Assembly (NCBI RefSeq): GCF_001194135.2
Contig: NC_068985.1
Span: 115,379,548 to 115,427,337 of the forward strand
Direction: 5' to 3'
DNA: 47,790 nt
Source: Octopus bimaculoides
Lineage: Eukaryota
Below, piece by piece: positions 11,041-23,170 of this stretch. Position 1 is the first letter of the stretch, and each line of letters starts with the position of its first letter. The translations under genes were made by a program, and so were the position numbers. The notes under the pieces were generated by a model. The model searched no databases. It saw only the letters and a list, made by a program, of their open reading frames with translations, and was not told the DNA's origin.

Positions 11041-12840
11041 TACGCATATTTTTTTTTATATCTGAATGCAAAGAAATAATTTCATGGAAGCCATAGTTGA
11101 TTGGTGGAATTACAATGACTATGTCAAACAGTAGAGTCTCCGAGATTGCTCAAGGAACAATAACCTGGAAATTAAGATGTTTGATAGATCTAAACGATCT
11201 GTAATGTATTTGATCATAAATTGCGGTTTTCTTTGTGGGTTCGTAGTTCTATTTGTGTATCTCTTTATTCGTTTCTTATTTTCTCTCTTTCTCTCTTCCT
11301 TCCTTCCTTCTTTTCTCTCTTTATTTATTTAGCAAACTCAGTAGATTGTTGTCGATGGTGATTCTCGATTGGTTGCATTTCGATCGGATGAGATATTGCC
11401 CGTGGAGGTGGTTGATTGGATAGCAACAACAGAACTATTATTTTCTTAGTTGCACACGCTGTGTCAGACTAACTCCTATGCTATGTCGATTGTATAGACA
11501 GAAACGTTTGTTTCATTTAGGTCCTTCTGAAAACGATGTAAACGAAGGGAGTAAGGCAGAAATAGAATGAGAAATGCTCACGAGGGAGACGGATTTGTAT
11601 AGTGTCATATGTATATATGTATATAAACACACACACACATACTCACACACACACACTATACATATATATATATATATATATANNNNNNNNNNNNNNNNNN
11701 NNNNNNNNNNNNNNNNNNNNNNNNNNNNNNNNNNNNNNNNNNNNNNNNNNNNNNNNNNNNNNNNNNNNNNNNNNNNNNNNNNNNNNNNNNNNNNNNNNNN
11801 NNNNNNNNNNNNNNNNNNNNNNNNNNNNNNNNNNNNNNNNNNNNNNNNNNNNNNNNNNNNNNNNNNNNNNNNNNNNNNNNNNNNNNNNNNNNNNNNNNNN
11901 NNNNNNNNNNNNNNNNNNNNNNNNNNNNNNNNNNNNNNNNNNNNNNNNNNNNNNNNNNNNNNNNNNNNNNNNNNNNNNNNNNNNNNNNNNNNNNNNNNNN
12001 NNNNNNNNNNNNNNNNNNNNNNNNNNNNNNNNNNNNNNNNNNNNNNNNNNNNNNNNNNNNNNNNNNNNNNNNNNNNNNNNNNNNNNNNNNNNNNNNNNNN
12101 NNNNNNNNNNNNNNNNNNNNNNNNNNNNNNNNNNNNNNNNNNNNNNNNNNNNNNNNNNNNNNNNNNNNNNNNNNNNNNNNNNNNNNNNNNNNNNNNNNNN
12201 NNNNNNNNNNNNNNNNNNNNNNNNNNNNNNNNNNNNNNNNNNNNNNNNNNNNNNNNNNNNNNNNNNNNNNNNNNNNNNNNNNNNNNNNNNNNNNNNNNNN
12301 NNNNNNNNNNNNNNNNNNNNNNNNNNNNNNNNNNNNNNNNNNNNNNNNNNNNNNNNNNNNNNNNNNNNNNNNNNNNNNNNNNNNNNNNNNNNNNNNNNNN
12401 NNNNNNNNNNNNNNNNNNNNNNNNNNTTGTCCGCCAATTTCTACCGAACGGACATTTTTTTATTTTCTATCTGCTTGTAAGTGTTGCTATTTACTTTACA
12501 GAATCTGTGTTCATCCATTGCTAATTTTGTGCATTCTCGATTCTAAACCTGCCTACTAGCTAAAGTATCGTGCCAGGAATTTCCCCTTTCAAGGGGGCGA
12601 ATTGTACATTTTCTAGTGTAAATTTTTACACAATTAATCTCTGCATCGGGACTTCCAGTCAAGGTGAAGGTAACGCCCCCTAACGTCCAAGTTTACGACA
12701 ACCTGCTCAACGAACTGTACCAAGAAATGCTCCCTGCCCTTCACTGCCCAGGACAAGATGACAGATTCTGCCAAGGACACCCTAACCCATAACACCGACG
12801 ACCAAGAAACTGAAAAAAAACAAACGAAATGTAACAGCCG

Positions 12841-12999
12841 CGGCTTCTTTTAGATTCCGTCTACCAAATCTACTCACAAGGCTTAGGTCGGGCCGAGGCT
12901 ATAGTAAATGACACTTACCCAAGGTGCCACGCAGTGGGACTGAACCCGGAACCATGCGGTTCGTAAGTAAGCTACTTACCACACAGCCACTCCTACGCC
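12841..12999 (-). mobile_element. SINE family A, head/body half
   Basis: Near-identical reverse complement of 9901-10062. Confidence 0.9.
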
Positions 13000-13261
13000 T
13001 ATAGTTCAATATTTCGTAATCTTTTTGATTTCAGAGCACTCTAGATATTAACTGTAAATAATATTATCAACGCCACTTGCATGGAGAATTTTAGGAAAAA
13101 AATATAATGAAATATATTTTTTAAAAAAACAATGATTTATCTTGTTTTGTTAAATATATTTCATTATAACGAAATGAAGCTTAACATGTTGCTTAACTAG
13201 ATCTTGTAAGAGCAACTGAATACTTAACCACACTTCACACAAGATATCTTTTGTCTATCAT

Positions 13262-13661
13262 CTTTCACTTGTTTCAGTCATTACACTTCGGCGATGCTGC
13301 GGCACCGCATTGAGGAGACTTTAGTCGAACTAATCAACCCTACTACTTCTGGTATTTTTAAACTTGGTACTTAATCTATCAGCATCTTTCGCTAAACCGC
13401 TAATTTACAGGGACATCACCGGTTGTCAAGCGGTGGTGGTGGACAAACTCAGACACAAGGACGCACACACATAGACGCATATATATATATATATATATAT
13501 ATANNNNNNNNNNNNNNNNNNNNNNNNNNNNNNNNNNNNNNNNNNNNNNNNNNNNNNNNNNNNNNNNNNNNNNNNNNNNNNNNNNNNNNNNNNNNNNNNN
13601 NNNNNNNNNNNNNNNNNNNNNNNNNNNNNNNNNNNNNNNNNNNNNNNATACACACACACAT

Positions 13662-13716
<55 letters not shown>

Positions 13717-13888
13717 TATATACATATACAAGATTCTTTCAGTTTCCCTCTATCAAATCCACTCGAAAGGCTTTGGTCGGCCCGAGTCCATATTAAAAGA
13801 TGCTTGCTCATGGTGTCACGCAGTGGAAGTTAACTCGGAGCCCTGTGGTTGCGTACCAAACTTGTTACCGCACGGCTACACCAGCGCC
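13262..13888 (-). mobile_element. SINE family A, full span; the internal microsatellite contains gap 13504-13647
   Basis: Tail at 13262-13480 and head at 13730-13888 in matching orientation. Confidence 0.85.
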
Positions 13889-14144
13889 TATACTATAAAT
13901 TCACATAAAAATATATGCACAACCATATAGACATGCATGTATAAAAAATATAAACATATATTCGCATAAACATTTAACTTCGTTCATATCCATATATAAA
14001 CATATTTCTAACAGGGTTGCTTGGATTTCAAAATAGTATATGACGTGAAATTTATGACAATACAACGAAATAAAAAAGTTAGAAAATATGAAAAATATGT
14101 AAAGTGGTTATTTAAAATAAGAAATGATGAAATTATAATAAGAA

Positions 14145-14458
14145 TACTTGATGAAGACGAGCGGCCCAGTTGATCTGATGAACGGAAAAACCTTTTTTGT
14201 GAAATTAATTTGCCAGGTGCTGAGCACTCCACAGACGCGCGCACCCTCTGCGTAGTTCTCAGGAAAATTCAGCGAGACGTAGAATGCAACAAGGCTGGCT
14301 CTTTGAATCACGGGTACATCTCCCTTTTGCCAATTGAGTGGACTGGTACAACGTGAAATTAAATGTCTTGCTCAATGGCACAATGCAACGCGGCAATAGA
14401 TATCATAACCTTAAAACCCTGAGGCGAAAACCCTAGCCATTATGACATGTGCCTCCAC
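14145..14458 (-). mobile_element. SINE family B, diverged full-length copy
   Basis: Matches the 3' block of the 4083 and 23199 copies; ends in gcctccac like the 23604 end. Confidence 0.75.
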
Positions 14459-14599
14459 AATAAGAATAGCAATAAAAAATTATATGGAATAATTTGTATA
14501 GGAGAAGAGAGTCTAATACGACTGAATTCGGGTGCAATAATAAGTCCCTGCTCTGTAGATTATTCTGTGTAAACAATGTCGAATATACAAAGGTAAAGA

Positions 14600-14885
14600 T
14601 GTAAGTACGTGGTTTTGGATTCAGTCCCGCTGCGCAGTACCATGGGCAAGTGTCTTGTATTATAAGCCCTGGCCGATCAATGCCTTTTGGTGAATTCTGC
14701 AGACGGAAGCTGTGTGGAAAGCCGCTGTATATTTGTATATGTGCGTGTCTCTTATCTGACATAGCACCGCATGTCAGCCGGTGTTGGTTAGTTTACATCC
14801 CCGTAACTTACAAGTCCGACAAAAGAGATCGATTGTATAAGTACCAGACAATAAAAGCACATAAATGCGAACCCTGGGGCTCACA
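14600..14885 (+). mobile_element. SINE family A, 5'-truncated, short internal repeat
   Basis: ttcagtcccgctgcg...gacggaagctgtgtggaaagccg...ccccgtaactta...ataagtaccag. Confidence 0.75.
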
Positions 14886-15149
14886 TTAATGTGCTTTTCT
14901 AATTTTTTATTATTTTTTATTATATTTTATTATTTATAAGTAAAAGATAAAAGTTAACGTAATGATGGCCGCGTTTCTTCTATGTGAAATGTTCAGTATT
15001 TTTAGCTGACGTAATATAAGACAGCCGTTTTATATAATGTCTCTCTAGTATATCTGGTTTAAAAGGGAACATTTATGCATATTAGTGTTTCGATTGGGCA
15101 ATCGATCTCAGTCAAATGGAATTATACAGAATGGCTCGATATCCTATCA

Positions 15150-16140
15150 GGTATTTGAGTTGAAATTTATAATCTAATTGGGTTGTTTACTTTGGAAAAC
15201 TCTAGGTTAAATTTGAATTAATGGAACTCGGCCTTTAAATTGATGACGGATTAACTTTAATCCATGATATAGACTGTCGGCTAGTTACAAAGAATTAGAA
15301 AGGACCTAATTAATGGTCTGAAAAGTTTTAATCTCAGATTTACGTTAAGTGGACATGCTACTAAACTTAATTTCTGAGAAATAATTCTGTAGCGTCTTTC
15401 CTCATGTATTACTGAATAACTTGTTATCGTTGAATAAATGTCATTTGATCGGATTATGTAATATAACAATGAGGTTTTAAGTAAAAGTGATTTCCTAATG
15501 AAAATGCCATACATAGCTCGAGAAAATAGCACTTATACTAACACCAATGATACTTTGTAAAGAATGATAATTTGGTACAAACCGCCTTAAATTTTGAAAG
15601 TTAGCTCTAATACTGTCCGTTTTTCCGAAGCTGTCCGGTTTTCCTAAACTGTCCGTTTTTTCCTAATACTGCCCGTTTTTCTTAATCTTGTGCATTTTAT
15701 GATTATCAGGAAATTATTGAAGTAAGCATTTTCTGATAATCATAAAATGCACAAGATTTTCTATAAAAACTGATAATAATGTTATGCTGAGCTGCTGCCA
15801 TCTTTATCATTTAGCAAACGCAATTAGGAGAAATGTTGCATACAAAAGAAAAATGCCAAGTATACAAATATCATCTCTAAAAGTAACTACAAAATCTCCG
15901 TGGTGACTCAATAGCAAATGTTTTGAGAAAAATGCTTTGTATGGAGGAAATTTCTTCGGAAACAGTAGCAAGAGAATAAGTTATATAGGTATCACCGAGA
16001 ATAAATTTATGTACAGATAGTATCACTTGACAGTCATCCATAAATAGAGAAAATCTTCGTTCATCAACTATTTTAGATACACTTTCTGTATATATCAGAA
16101 ATGCAGTATACCAATGTAATCTCAGTGACTGTTGGAAACT
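15150..16140 (+). pseudogene. Decayed Penelope-like element (RT, thumb/linker, GIY-YIG endonuclease)
   Basis: Manual translation across stops and frameshifts gives, in order: VEIYNLIGLFTL; GL*IDDGL (DD at 15242-15247, cf. GLYRDDGL); QRIRKDLINGLKSFNLRFTL..KLNF; RMIIWYKPP at 15561-15587 (cf. RNIIWFNPP); NVAY..MPSI; LNSKCFEKNALY...SYIGITENKF.YR (YIG at 15982-15990). Confidence 0.7.
15613..15758. repeat. Four 18-20-bp tandem repeats followed by a perfect 26-bp inverted repeat
   Basis: CTG(T/C)CCG(T/G)TTTT units start at 15613, 15631, 15649 and 15669. Arms are 15684-15709 and 15733-15758 with a 23-nt spacer. Confidence 0.9.
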
Positions 16141-16795
16141 AAATTTAGATTCTTATACGTCTCATGAGCTTTAGATAAAACGTTTTGTTCAATCATAAAC
16201 TCGTCACGCTCTTTTACAAGCTCATTTTGAAGATGATAAACTTTAAAATCTAAGTTCACATTTGACATGCGTACTTGAACAATATATTTCATTTTCGGTA
16301 TTTCTCCTTTTTAACACTACGAGTTAACGAGAACTGTAGGGCGAATAGCTATATTTTAACAGATTTTAATATTAATAAAGGAACACCACTTTCGCTGATT
16401 ACATAACTCTAATGAAACTGAAAATTTAGAGTAGAGATATTTCAGGATATTTCATTTACACACATTTCTATCGATACAGGCCCATACATATGGATACATA
16501 GTTACGCGCACACACGCGCGAGCGCATCTACATACATATGCTTACACATGTCTGTACACATGTCCCTACAGATGTTCCAAAACCACAACATTGAAACGTA
16601 CGTAGGGAACTAATGATTTAAACTTGCATCAATCATAATTTCTTCTATATCAATTAGTATACAATTTAATATGAAACGCTTTCTGAAACGCTAATAAAAC
16701 ATATAAAGTAAGTAGTTATATTTAGAAAATATCACCCGAAAGTTGCTTCCAAACATGTGGAGATAGATTTTGAAGAGTGAAAGAGAAAGATTTAA

Positions 16796-17343
16796 AAGTG
16801 GTGTTAACCAAATTAGACCAAAACATCAATGCACTTCTCTTAAGTGATTTCAGTCTTCCCAATGTCAAATATATTGAAAACTATATCTTTTGAGGAATGC
16901 TATTACATGAACTATGCCAAGAAAAATATCTAATTGATCTTCCTACATTGTGCGGCAAAATATCTTCCCATAATTTCCACTGGCGATTCTCAACTACTTT
17001 TTTTTTAATCTTAGAACCCCCACAATTACTGTTTTATCCTGGTAGACCATCATTACCATTCGATGTTTGAAAAATATTTTTATAGATATTTTTTGCAAAA
17101 TTTCTCCCTTGTTATTCACTCATTCACTTTATATAAGTTGAAATATGTAACATGTCAGAGAAAGAAACCTGGTTGTTTCTTGCAATAAGTAAATTTGAAG
17201 GCAAACTCATAACAGACAACTAAAATAGTAATGTGTATCCCCAATTGACTACATTGCGAGCGTGGACTCATCAAAATCTTATATGGACACCCAGCGACCA
17301 TGTGGACCCCAGCGATCACATGGACCCCGGCTAAGAAACACTA
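16796..17343. mobile_element. Putative non-autonomous hAT (Charlie-like) element
   Basis: The right end atggaccccggctaagaaacacta with subterminal TGGAC(A/C)CC repeats resembles hAT-Charlie termini. The left end aagtggtgttaacc is only a weak inverted match, and there is no 8-bp TSD. Confidence 0.4.
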
Positions 17344-17384
17344 CATTACATGGACACCGGTGTGGTTCTGGTAGCGTAAGGTGG

Positions 17385-17608
17385 GTGGTAATTATTTCCA
17401 CTATAGATGCAAGGCCTGATATTTTGTGGCGGAGGTGGGAAGGTAAATTGATTACATTGACACCAGTGCTTCAATGGTACTTATTTTTTACCGATCCAGA
17501 AAGGATGAAAGGTAAAGTCACCTCGATGGATTTTGAACACGGAGCGTAAAGTCGGAAGATATGACACTAAAGGTCTGGTCCGGCTTGCTAATCATTCTGC
17601 CAGTTCGA
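17385..17608 (-). mobile_element. SINE family C
   Basis: Reverse-complement match to the 9541 copy (ggatgaaaggtaaagtc, ttctgccagttcg); followed by (AAT)n at 17610-17710. Confidence 0.8.
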
Positions 17609-17609
17609 A

Positions 17610-17677
<68 letters not shown>

Positions 17678-17904
17678 TATTATTATTATTATAATAATAA
17701 TAATAATAATATATTCAGACAAATACATAACAAAAATACCAGGACTTACAAATATATATAACATACAGAAAATTGCACTACTGGGTNNNNNNNNNNAAGA
17801 GCACCACAGCAAACCACAGCACATACCCAAGGCGCACAGATCTGCGCTCGGTAGTGAAGTGAAAGCACGTTATAAAAATAAAACTACTGAACAATAATAA
17901 TAAT

Positions 17905-18110
17905 AATAGTTTCAAATTTTGGCACAATGCCAGCAAGTTCAAGAGAGGGGATAAGCCGATTACACCGACCCTAGTGCTCAACTAGTGCTCTAGTGCTCTA
18001 GTGCTCATTTTATCGACGCCGTAACAATGAAAGAAGTTGACCTCAGCAGAATTAGAACTTAGAAGGTAAAGACGGACGAAATGCTGCTAAACGTTTTGCT
18101 CGGCATGCTC
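17905..18110 (-). mobile_element. SINE family C with an internal CTAGTGCT micro-duplication
   Basis: Matches family C; four ctagtgct units at ~17970-18007; variant tail gtgccaaaatttgaaac. Confidence 0.75.
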
Positions 18111-18114
18111 TGAT

Positions 18115-18660
18115 GAAGTACCAGGCCCCGGCTCGCATGAATTTTGATCTTAACTGTTTGGAAGTGCTATGCTTATGTTTTGTATTGGTATAAAAGTTGG
18201 CCTACAACAAATATTCTGCTTAATACGAGACATTTGCTTCTCAGTTGCTTGACCATAACTAGTTGATCATGCCCCTTAGTAGGTGACGATATGTGCATCT
18301 CTTATCACGAGTAGAAGTAGTAGGGGAGCATGATAGCCATGTGTTGATAGGAATTCTTTGGGGTTTGTATAACTCACCTCTGGAAACATGGGTGTTTCGT
18401 TAAACGCCCTTAAACCTTATTCAGGGACCTTTTGAGCGGGATGGGCTACTCGACCTGAAGAAAATTGCTTTAACTGGGCTCCACCAGCAAGCTCATGCGT
18501 TGTTCATCTTGATATGGGATCACCATGTCGGGCACATGTGATTGTGATGCATGTGCCCAACGTACCCTTATCAGACGGGTAGTTATGATGGGTGTATAGG
18601 GCTTCATATATTTTACCCCAGTGTTACTTTGATAGCATGCACTGCTCTCTTACTCAACTA
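18115..18660 (+). mobile_element. Probable LINE 3' UTR / retroposon tail ending in AAC/AAT repeats
   Basis: The last ~150 bp match 27985-28137 (gatcaccatgtcg...cccttatcagacgggtagt...tattttaccccagtgt...gcatgcactgctctct). Two copies sharing a 3' end but differing in 5' extent suggest 5' truncation. Confidence 0.55.
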
Positions 18661-18811
18661 CAAGAACCACAACAACCACAACAACAACGATAAAAATAAC
18701 AACAACAACAACAACAACAACAACAGCAACAACAACAACAATAATAATAATAATAATAATGATAATAATAATAATAATAATATAAGTGTTGGCTCAAGAC
18801 TAACAAGCTCG

Positions 18812-18969
18812 AGAGAATAAGACAATTACCTCGGCCCACTGCTCAACTGGTATTTATTTTATAAAGCTTTCACAGGATGAAAGACAAAATTAATTTTGGC
18901 GACATTCGAACTCAAGACATAAAGACGGACGAATTCACCCTAAGCATCTTACCCGGTGTACTAACTTCA

Positions 18970-18970
<1 letters not shown>
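18812..18970 (-). mobile_element. SINE family C, partial
   Basis: ctcaactggtatttattt...ggatgaaagacaaaattaattttggcgacattcgaactcaa; abuts (AAT)n at 18971-19077. Confidence 0.7.
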
Positions 18971-19060
<90 letters not shown>

Positions 19061-19875
19061 TAATAATAATAATAATANNNNNNNNNNNNNNNNNNNNNNN
19101 NNNNNNNNNNNNNNNNNNNNNNNNNNNNNNNNNNNNNNNNNNNNNNNNNNNNNNNNNNNNNNNNNNNNNNNNNNNNNNNNNNNNNNNNNNNNNNNNNNNN
19201 NNNNNNNNNNNNNNNNNNNNNNNNNNNNNNNNNNNNNNNNNNNNNNNNNNNNNNNNNNNNNNNNNNNNNNNNNNNNNNNNNNNNNNNNNNNNNNNNNNNN
19301 NNNNNNNNNNNNNNNNNNNNNNNNNNNNNNNNNNNNNNNNNNNNNNNNNNNNNNNNNNNNNNNNNNNNNNNNNNNNNNNNNNNNNNNNNNNNNNNNNNNN
19401 NNNNNNNNNNNNNNNNNNNNNNNNNNNNNNNNNNNNNNNNNNNNNNNNNNNNNNNNNNNNNNNNNNNNNNNNNNNNNNNNNNNNNNNNNNNNNNNNNNNN
19501 NNNNNNNNNNNNNNNNNNNNNNNNNNNNNNNNNNNNNNNNNNNNNNNNNNNNNNNNNNNNNNNNNNNNNNNNNNNNNNNNNNNNNNNNNNNNNNNNNNNN
19601 NNNNNNNNNNNNNNNNNNNNNNNNNNNNNNNNNNNNNNNNNNNNNNNNNNNNNNNNNNNNNNNNNNNNNNNNNNNNNNNNNNNNNNNNNNNNNNNNNNNN
19701 NNNNNNNNNNNNNNNNNNNNNNNNNNNNNNNNNNNNNNNNNNNNNNNNNNNNNNNNNNNNNNNNNNNNNNNNNNNNNNNNNNNNNNNNNNNNNNNNNNNN
19801 NNNNNNNNNNNNNNNNNNNNNNNNNNNNNNNNNNNNNNNNNNNNNNNNNNNNNNNNNNNNNNNNNNNNNNNNNNN

Positions 19876-19919
<44 letters not shown>

Positions 19920-20629
19920 CACACACACACACACACAAAACAAAAAATAAACATCCTCTTGCTCCTCATCATCATCATATTTATCATCATTAACAACCAC
20001 ATGAACCCTAATAATGATAATAATGATAATAATAATAATAACAAACAGAAATAATTTTAAAAAAAGATGTCCAAACCTAATATAATCTTACATTAGCGCA
20101 CCATTTCTCTGCTTGCTCTGTTGTTAGGTATTATAGAACGTTGTTAGTTTCTGTTATTGTTTTATGTAGTTTACAGTTTATATATTTATTTGTATGATTG
20201 CTTATGGTTGCATTTGTTGTTGTTGACCTTGTTGTTGTTCTTGTTTTTCTTTACTCTCGCCATTCTATCGTTGACTGATGTCCTTTGATGCTTTTAGCGA
20301 AATGGTAAATAGTTCTAAATTTTCTTTCATGGCTACTGATGCAACGAAATGTTCTTTTCAGAAGTGGACTGAGTAATAAGTTTATGTTATATGCACATGT
20401 TTGTGTTGGTGTTTGTAGTTGTTGTTGTATGCATGTGTGTCTGTGTGTATGTGCATCTGTGTATCTGTGTGAATACTGTTGTACATAAATGTGTGTATAT
20501 ATTTACACAAACAGAATCATATAATATGTATATGATTGTTTGTGTGTTTATATATCAGGATGAAAAAGGAAAGAAACAGAACACATAAATATATTATACA
20601 TATAGAACGACATAAGTATGCATAATTTC

Positions 20630-20642
20630 TGTTGATATACAT

Positions 20643-20691
<49 letters not shown>

Positions 20692-21177
20692 NNNNNNNNN
20701 NNNNNNNNNNNNNNNNNNNNNNNNNNNNNNNNNNNNNNNNNNNNNNNNNNNNNNNNNNNNNNNNNNNNNNNNNNNNNNNNNNNNNNNNNNNNNNNNNNNN
20801 NNNNNNNNNNNNNNNNNNNNNNNNNNNNNNNNNNNNNNNNNNNNNNNNNNNNNNNNNNNNNNNNNNNNNNNNNNNNNNNNNNNNNNNNNNNNNNNNNNNN
20901 NNNNNNNNNNNNNNNNNNNNNNNNNNNNNNNNNNCAGCGTATGCCGAGAGAGAGAGTGTGTGTGTGTGTGTGAGAGAGACAGACAGACAGACAGAGACAG
21001 AAACAGAGACACATTGAAATATACAGAGAGACAAAGAGCCTGAGGGAGAAGTAAATAGGAGATGAAGAAGGTTAGAAATTGTGTGCGTTGATATGGAGGC
21101 AACCATATAGAAACAGAGATATAGAATTATCATTAGTAAACTGACTTTATGCTTTTGTATACGCATACGCACATATA

Positions 21178-21215
<38 letters not shown>

Positions 21216-21289
21216 GACTCACACATACTCATACACGTATACAGAAACATGTTTCTACTCAAATATGTATCATAGATAGGCAATATCCG

Positions 21290-21358
<69 letters not shown>

Positions 21359-21424
21359 TTATCTATCTATCTGTCTATCTATCTATCTATCCATCTATCT
21401 AGCTATCTCTCTGACCGTCTGTTT

Positions 21425-21466
<42 letters not shown>

Positions 21467-21520
21467 ACCCTCTTTCTCTCCCCCCTCTCCCCCTCTCTCT
21501 CTCTCTATATATATATACTT
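20630..21520. repeat. Microsatellite field (TA, TG, GACA, TATC, CT) around gap 20692-20934
   Basis: Read directly; interrupted by a short unique segment at ~21040-21170. Confidence 0.85.
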
Positions 21521-21769
21521 CCTTGCTCAAAGGGACACATAAATGCCTTTCGTTATTCGTGTGTATTTTAGCAAATCTGAAAGATTGTTTGCGATGTGTA
21601 ATATTTTTACAGAACTTCTAGAATATGGTGATAACCACTCACCCATTGTTTGTTTAAAAGCATTACTTCTTTGTTGAGTCGTCGATTAACACTCTGAGTA
21701 CTTTTAAACAAGAATGTAAATTTGGATAAATTTCTTGCAATTATATATATATCTATATTTATGTCTCTC

Positions 21770-21782
21770 TCTGTTTGTCTGA

Positions 21783-21822
<40 letters not shown>

Positions 21823-22078
21823 GCATATATGCATGCATAAATGTACACATACACCTATACATAGTTAGATATTTCACAAGAAATCTCAATCTAGATGAAA
21901 TGCTGAGTATACTCTACATCCTGTATTGAGTTCATACTCTCTATTTAGTTGGAACAAATCAAATATCAACATAGGTTTGTCTGTACGCAAAAAAATATAT
22001 ATACAAATGTATATTTGCATACATATGTATCTATACTTATGCATATATATACATACGCATAAATATATGCATATATAC

Positions 22079-22132
<54 letters not shown>

Positions 22133-22213
22133 GTTTATGTGTATATGTATATATATATATATATATGTTTGTGTGTGCATATTTACACACACATATATCT
22201 GTATGCATATATG

Positions 22214-22247
<34 letters not shown>

Positions 22248-22340
22248 AATATATAAACACATACATATATGTGTGTGTGTGTATGTATATAAACACATAC
22301 ATGCATGTGCATATACATAGACACATACATCATATATATT
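21770..22340. repeat. (TATC)n and degenerate (TA)/(TG)/(CA) field
   Basis: Read directly from the sequence. Confidence 0.9.
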
Positions 22341-22444
22341 ATATGGAGTTGTTTACACTATTATCCTAAAATACAAAATGAGGAGATAAAATATATTTAC
22401 ATGGTGAACAATAATATATAGATTTTGGCCTCGCTTCGTTTGAC

Positions 22445-22650
22445 TTGGCTGAAGGCCCACTTTTACAAGATAGGTGGTTCTGCCGATTGAATAGACTACG
22501 CTATATTGCTGCTAGCTCATTTTTTTTTTTTTTAGTTATCGATCCTGGGAAGATGAAAGAACAACTTCAAGTCGGGGTCAGGACACAGAATCTCGAATGA
22601 CGAAACCGTATACTGCAATACATTCGCTCTAATGCTGTACCGTTTCTGTT
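22445..22650 (-). mobile_element. SINE family C, heavily decayed
   Basis: ttatcgatcctgggaagatgaaag and the head remnant resemble the reverse complement of family C. Confidence 0.45.
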
Positions 22651-23170
22651 AACTTACAACCCCGTTCCTCAATAAAGAAATGGGAATAGGAAAAAAATAA
22701 AAGATAGAAATGAAAAAAAAAAAGTAATAAACCGACCATATTAAATAACTTTATGCACATGGTAAATGAGTAAAACCAAGATAGAATTAGAGAATAAAAT
22801 TGAATAGTTGTGGAAAAAATTTGTGGAAGAGAGCTTCTAATTTTTAGATAGAGATGCATATTAGTGTAGTTTGCAAACGTATCGATGTGAACTACAAATC
22901 AGTAATTCGTTTGATTCGTGGTTAATAGATAGATGCACCTAGTTAATAGAGTTACCTCATAGATCCATAGTGTTAATAGCGTTATTCTTTCTTTGCACAT
23001 TTCAAACAACTCTATTTGTACTTGAATCTGTTTTTCAGTGCTGTCTACCAGTTCAAATATTACAATCATCGTCACTTTTTTTTCTATACACACACATATA
23101 TATGTAAGTGTAAACGTATTTATGTATTTATGTATGTATTGTATTTATCACCACTTACACGTGAATATTC

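Noticed and set aside
12660-12838. C/A-rich segment with short protein-like frames (possible LINE ORF1 start)
   Set aside because: No diagnostic motif; under 40 codons.
15049-15150. Possible 102-nt in-frame exon (ctctctag ... CAG|GTATTT)
   Set aside because: It abuts and probably belongs to the Penelope-like remnant; the peptide is unrecognisable.
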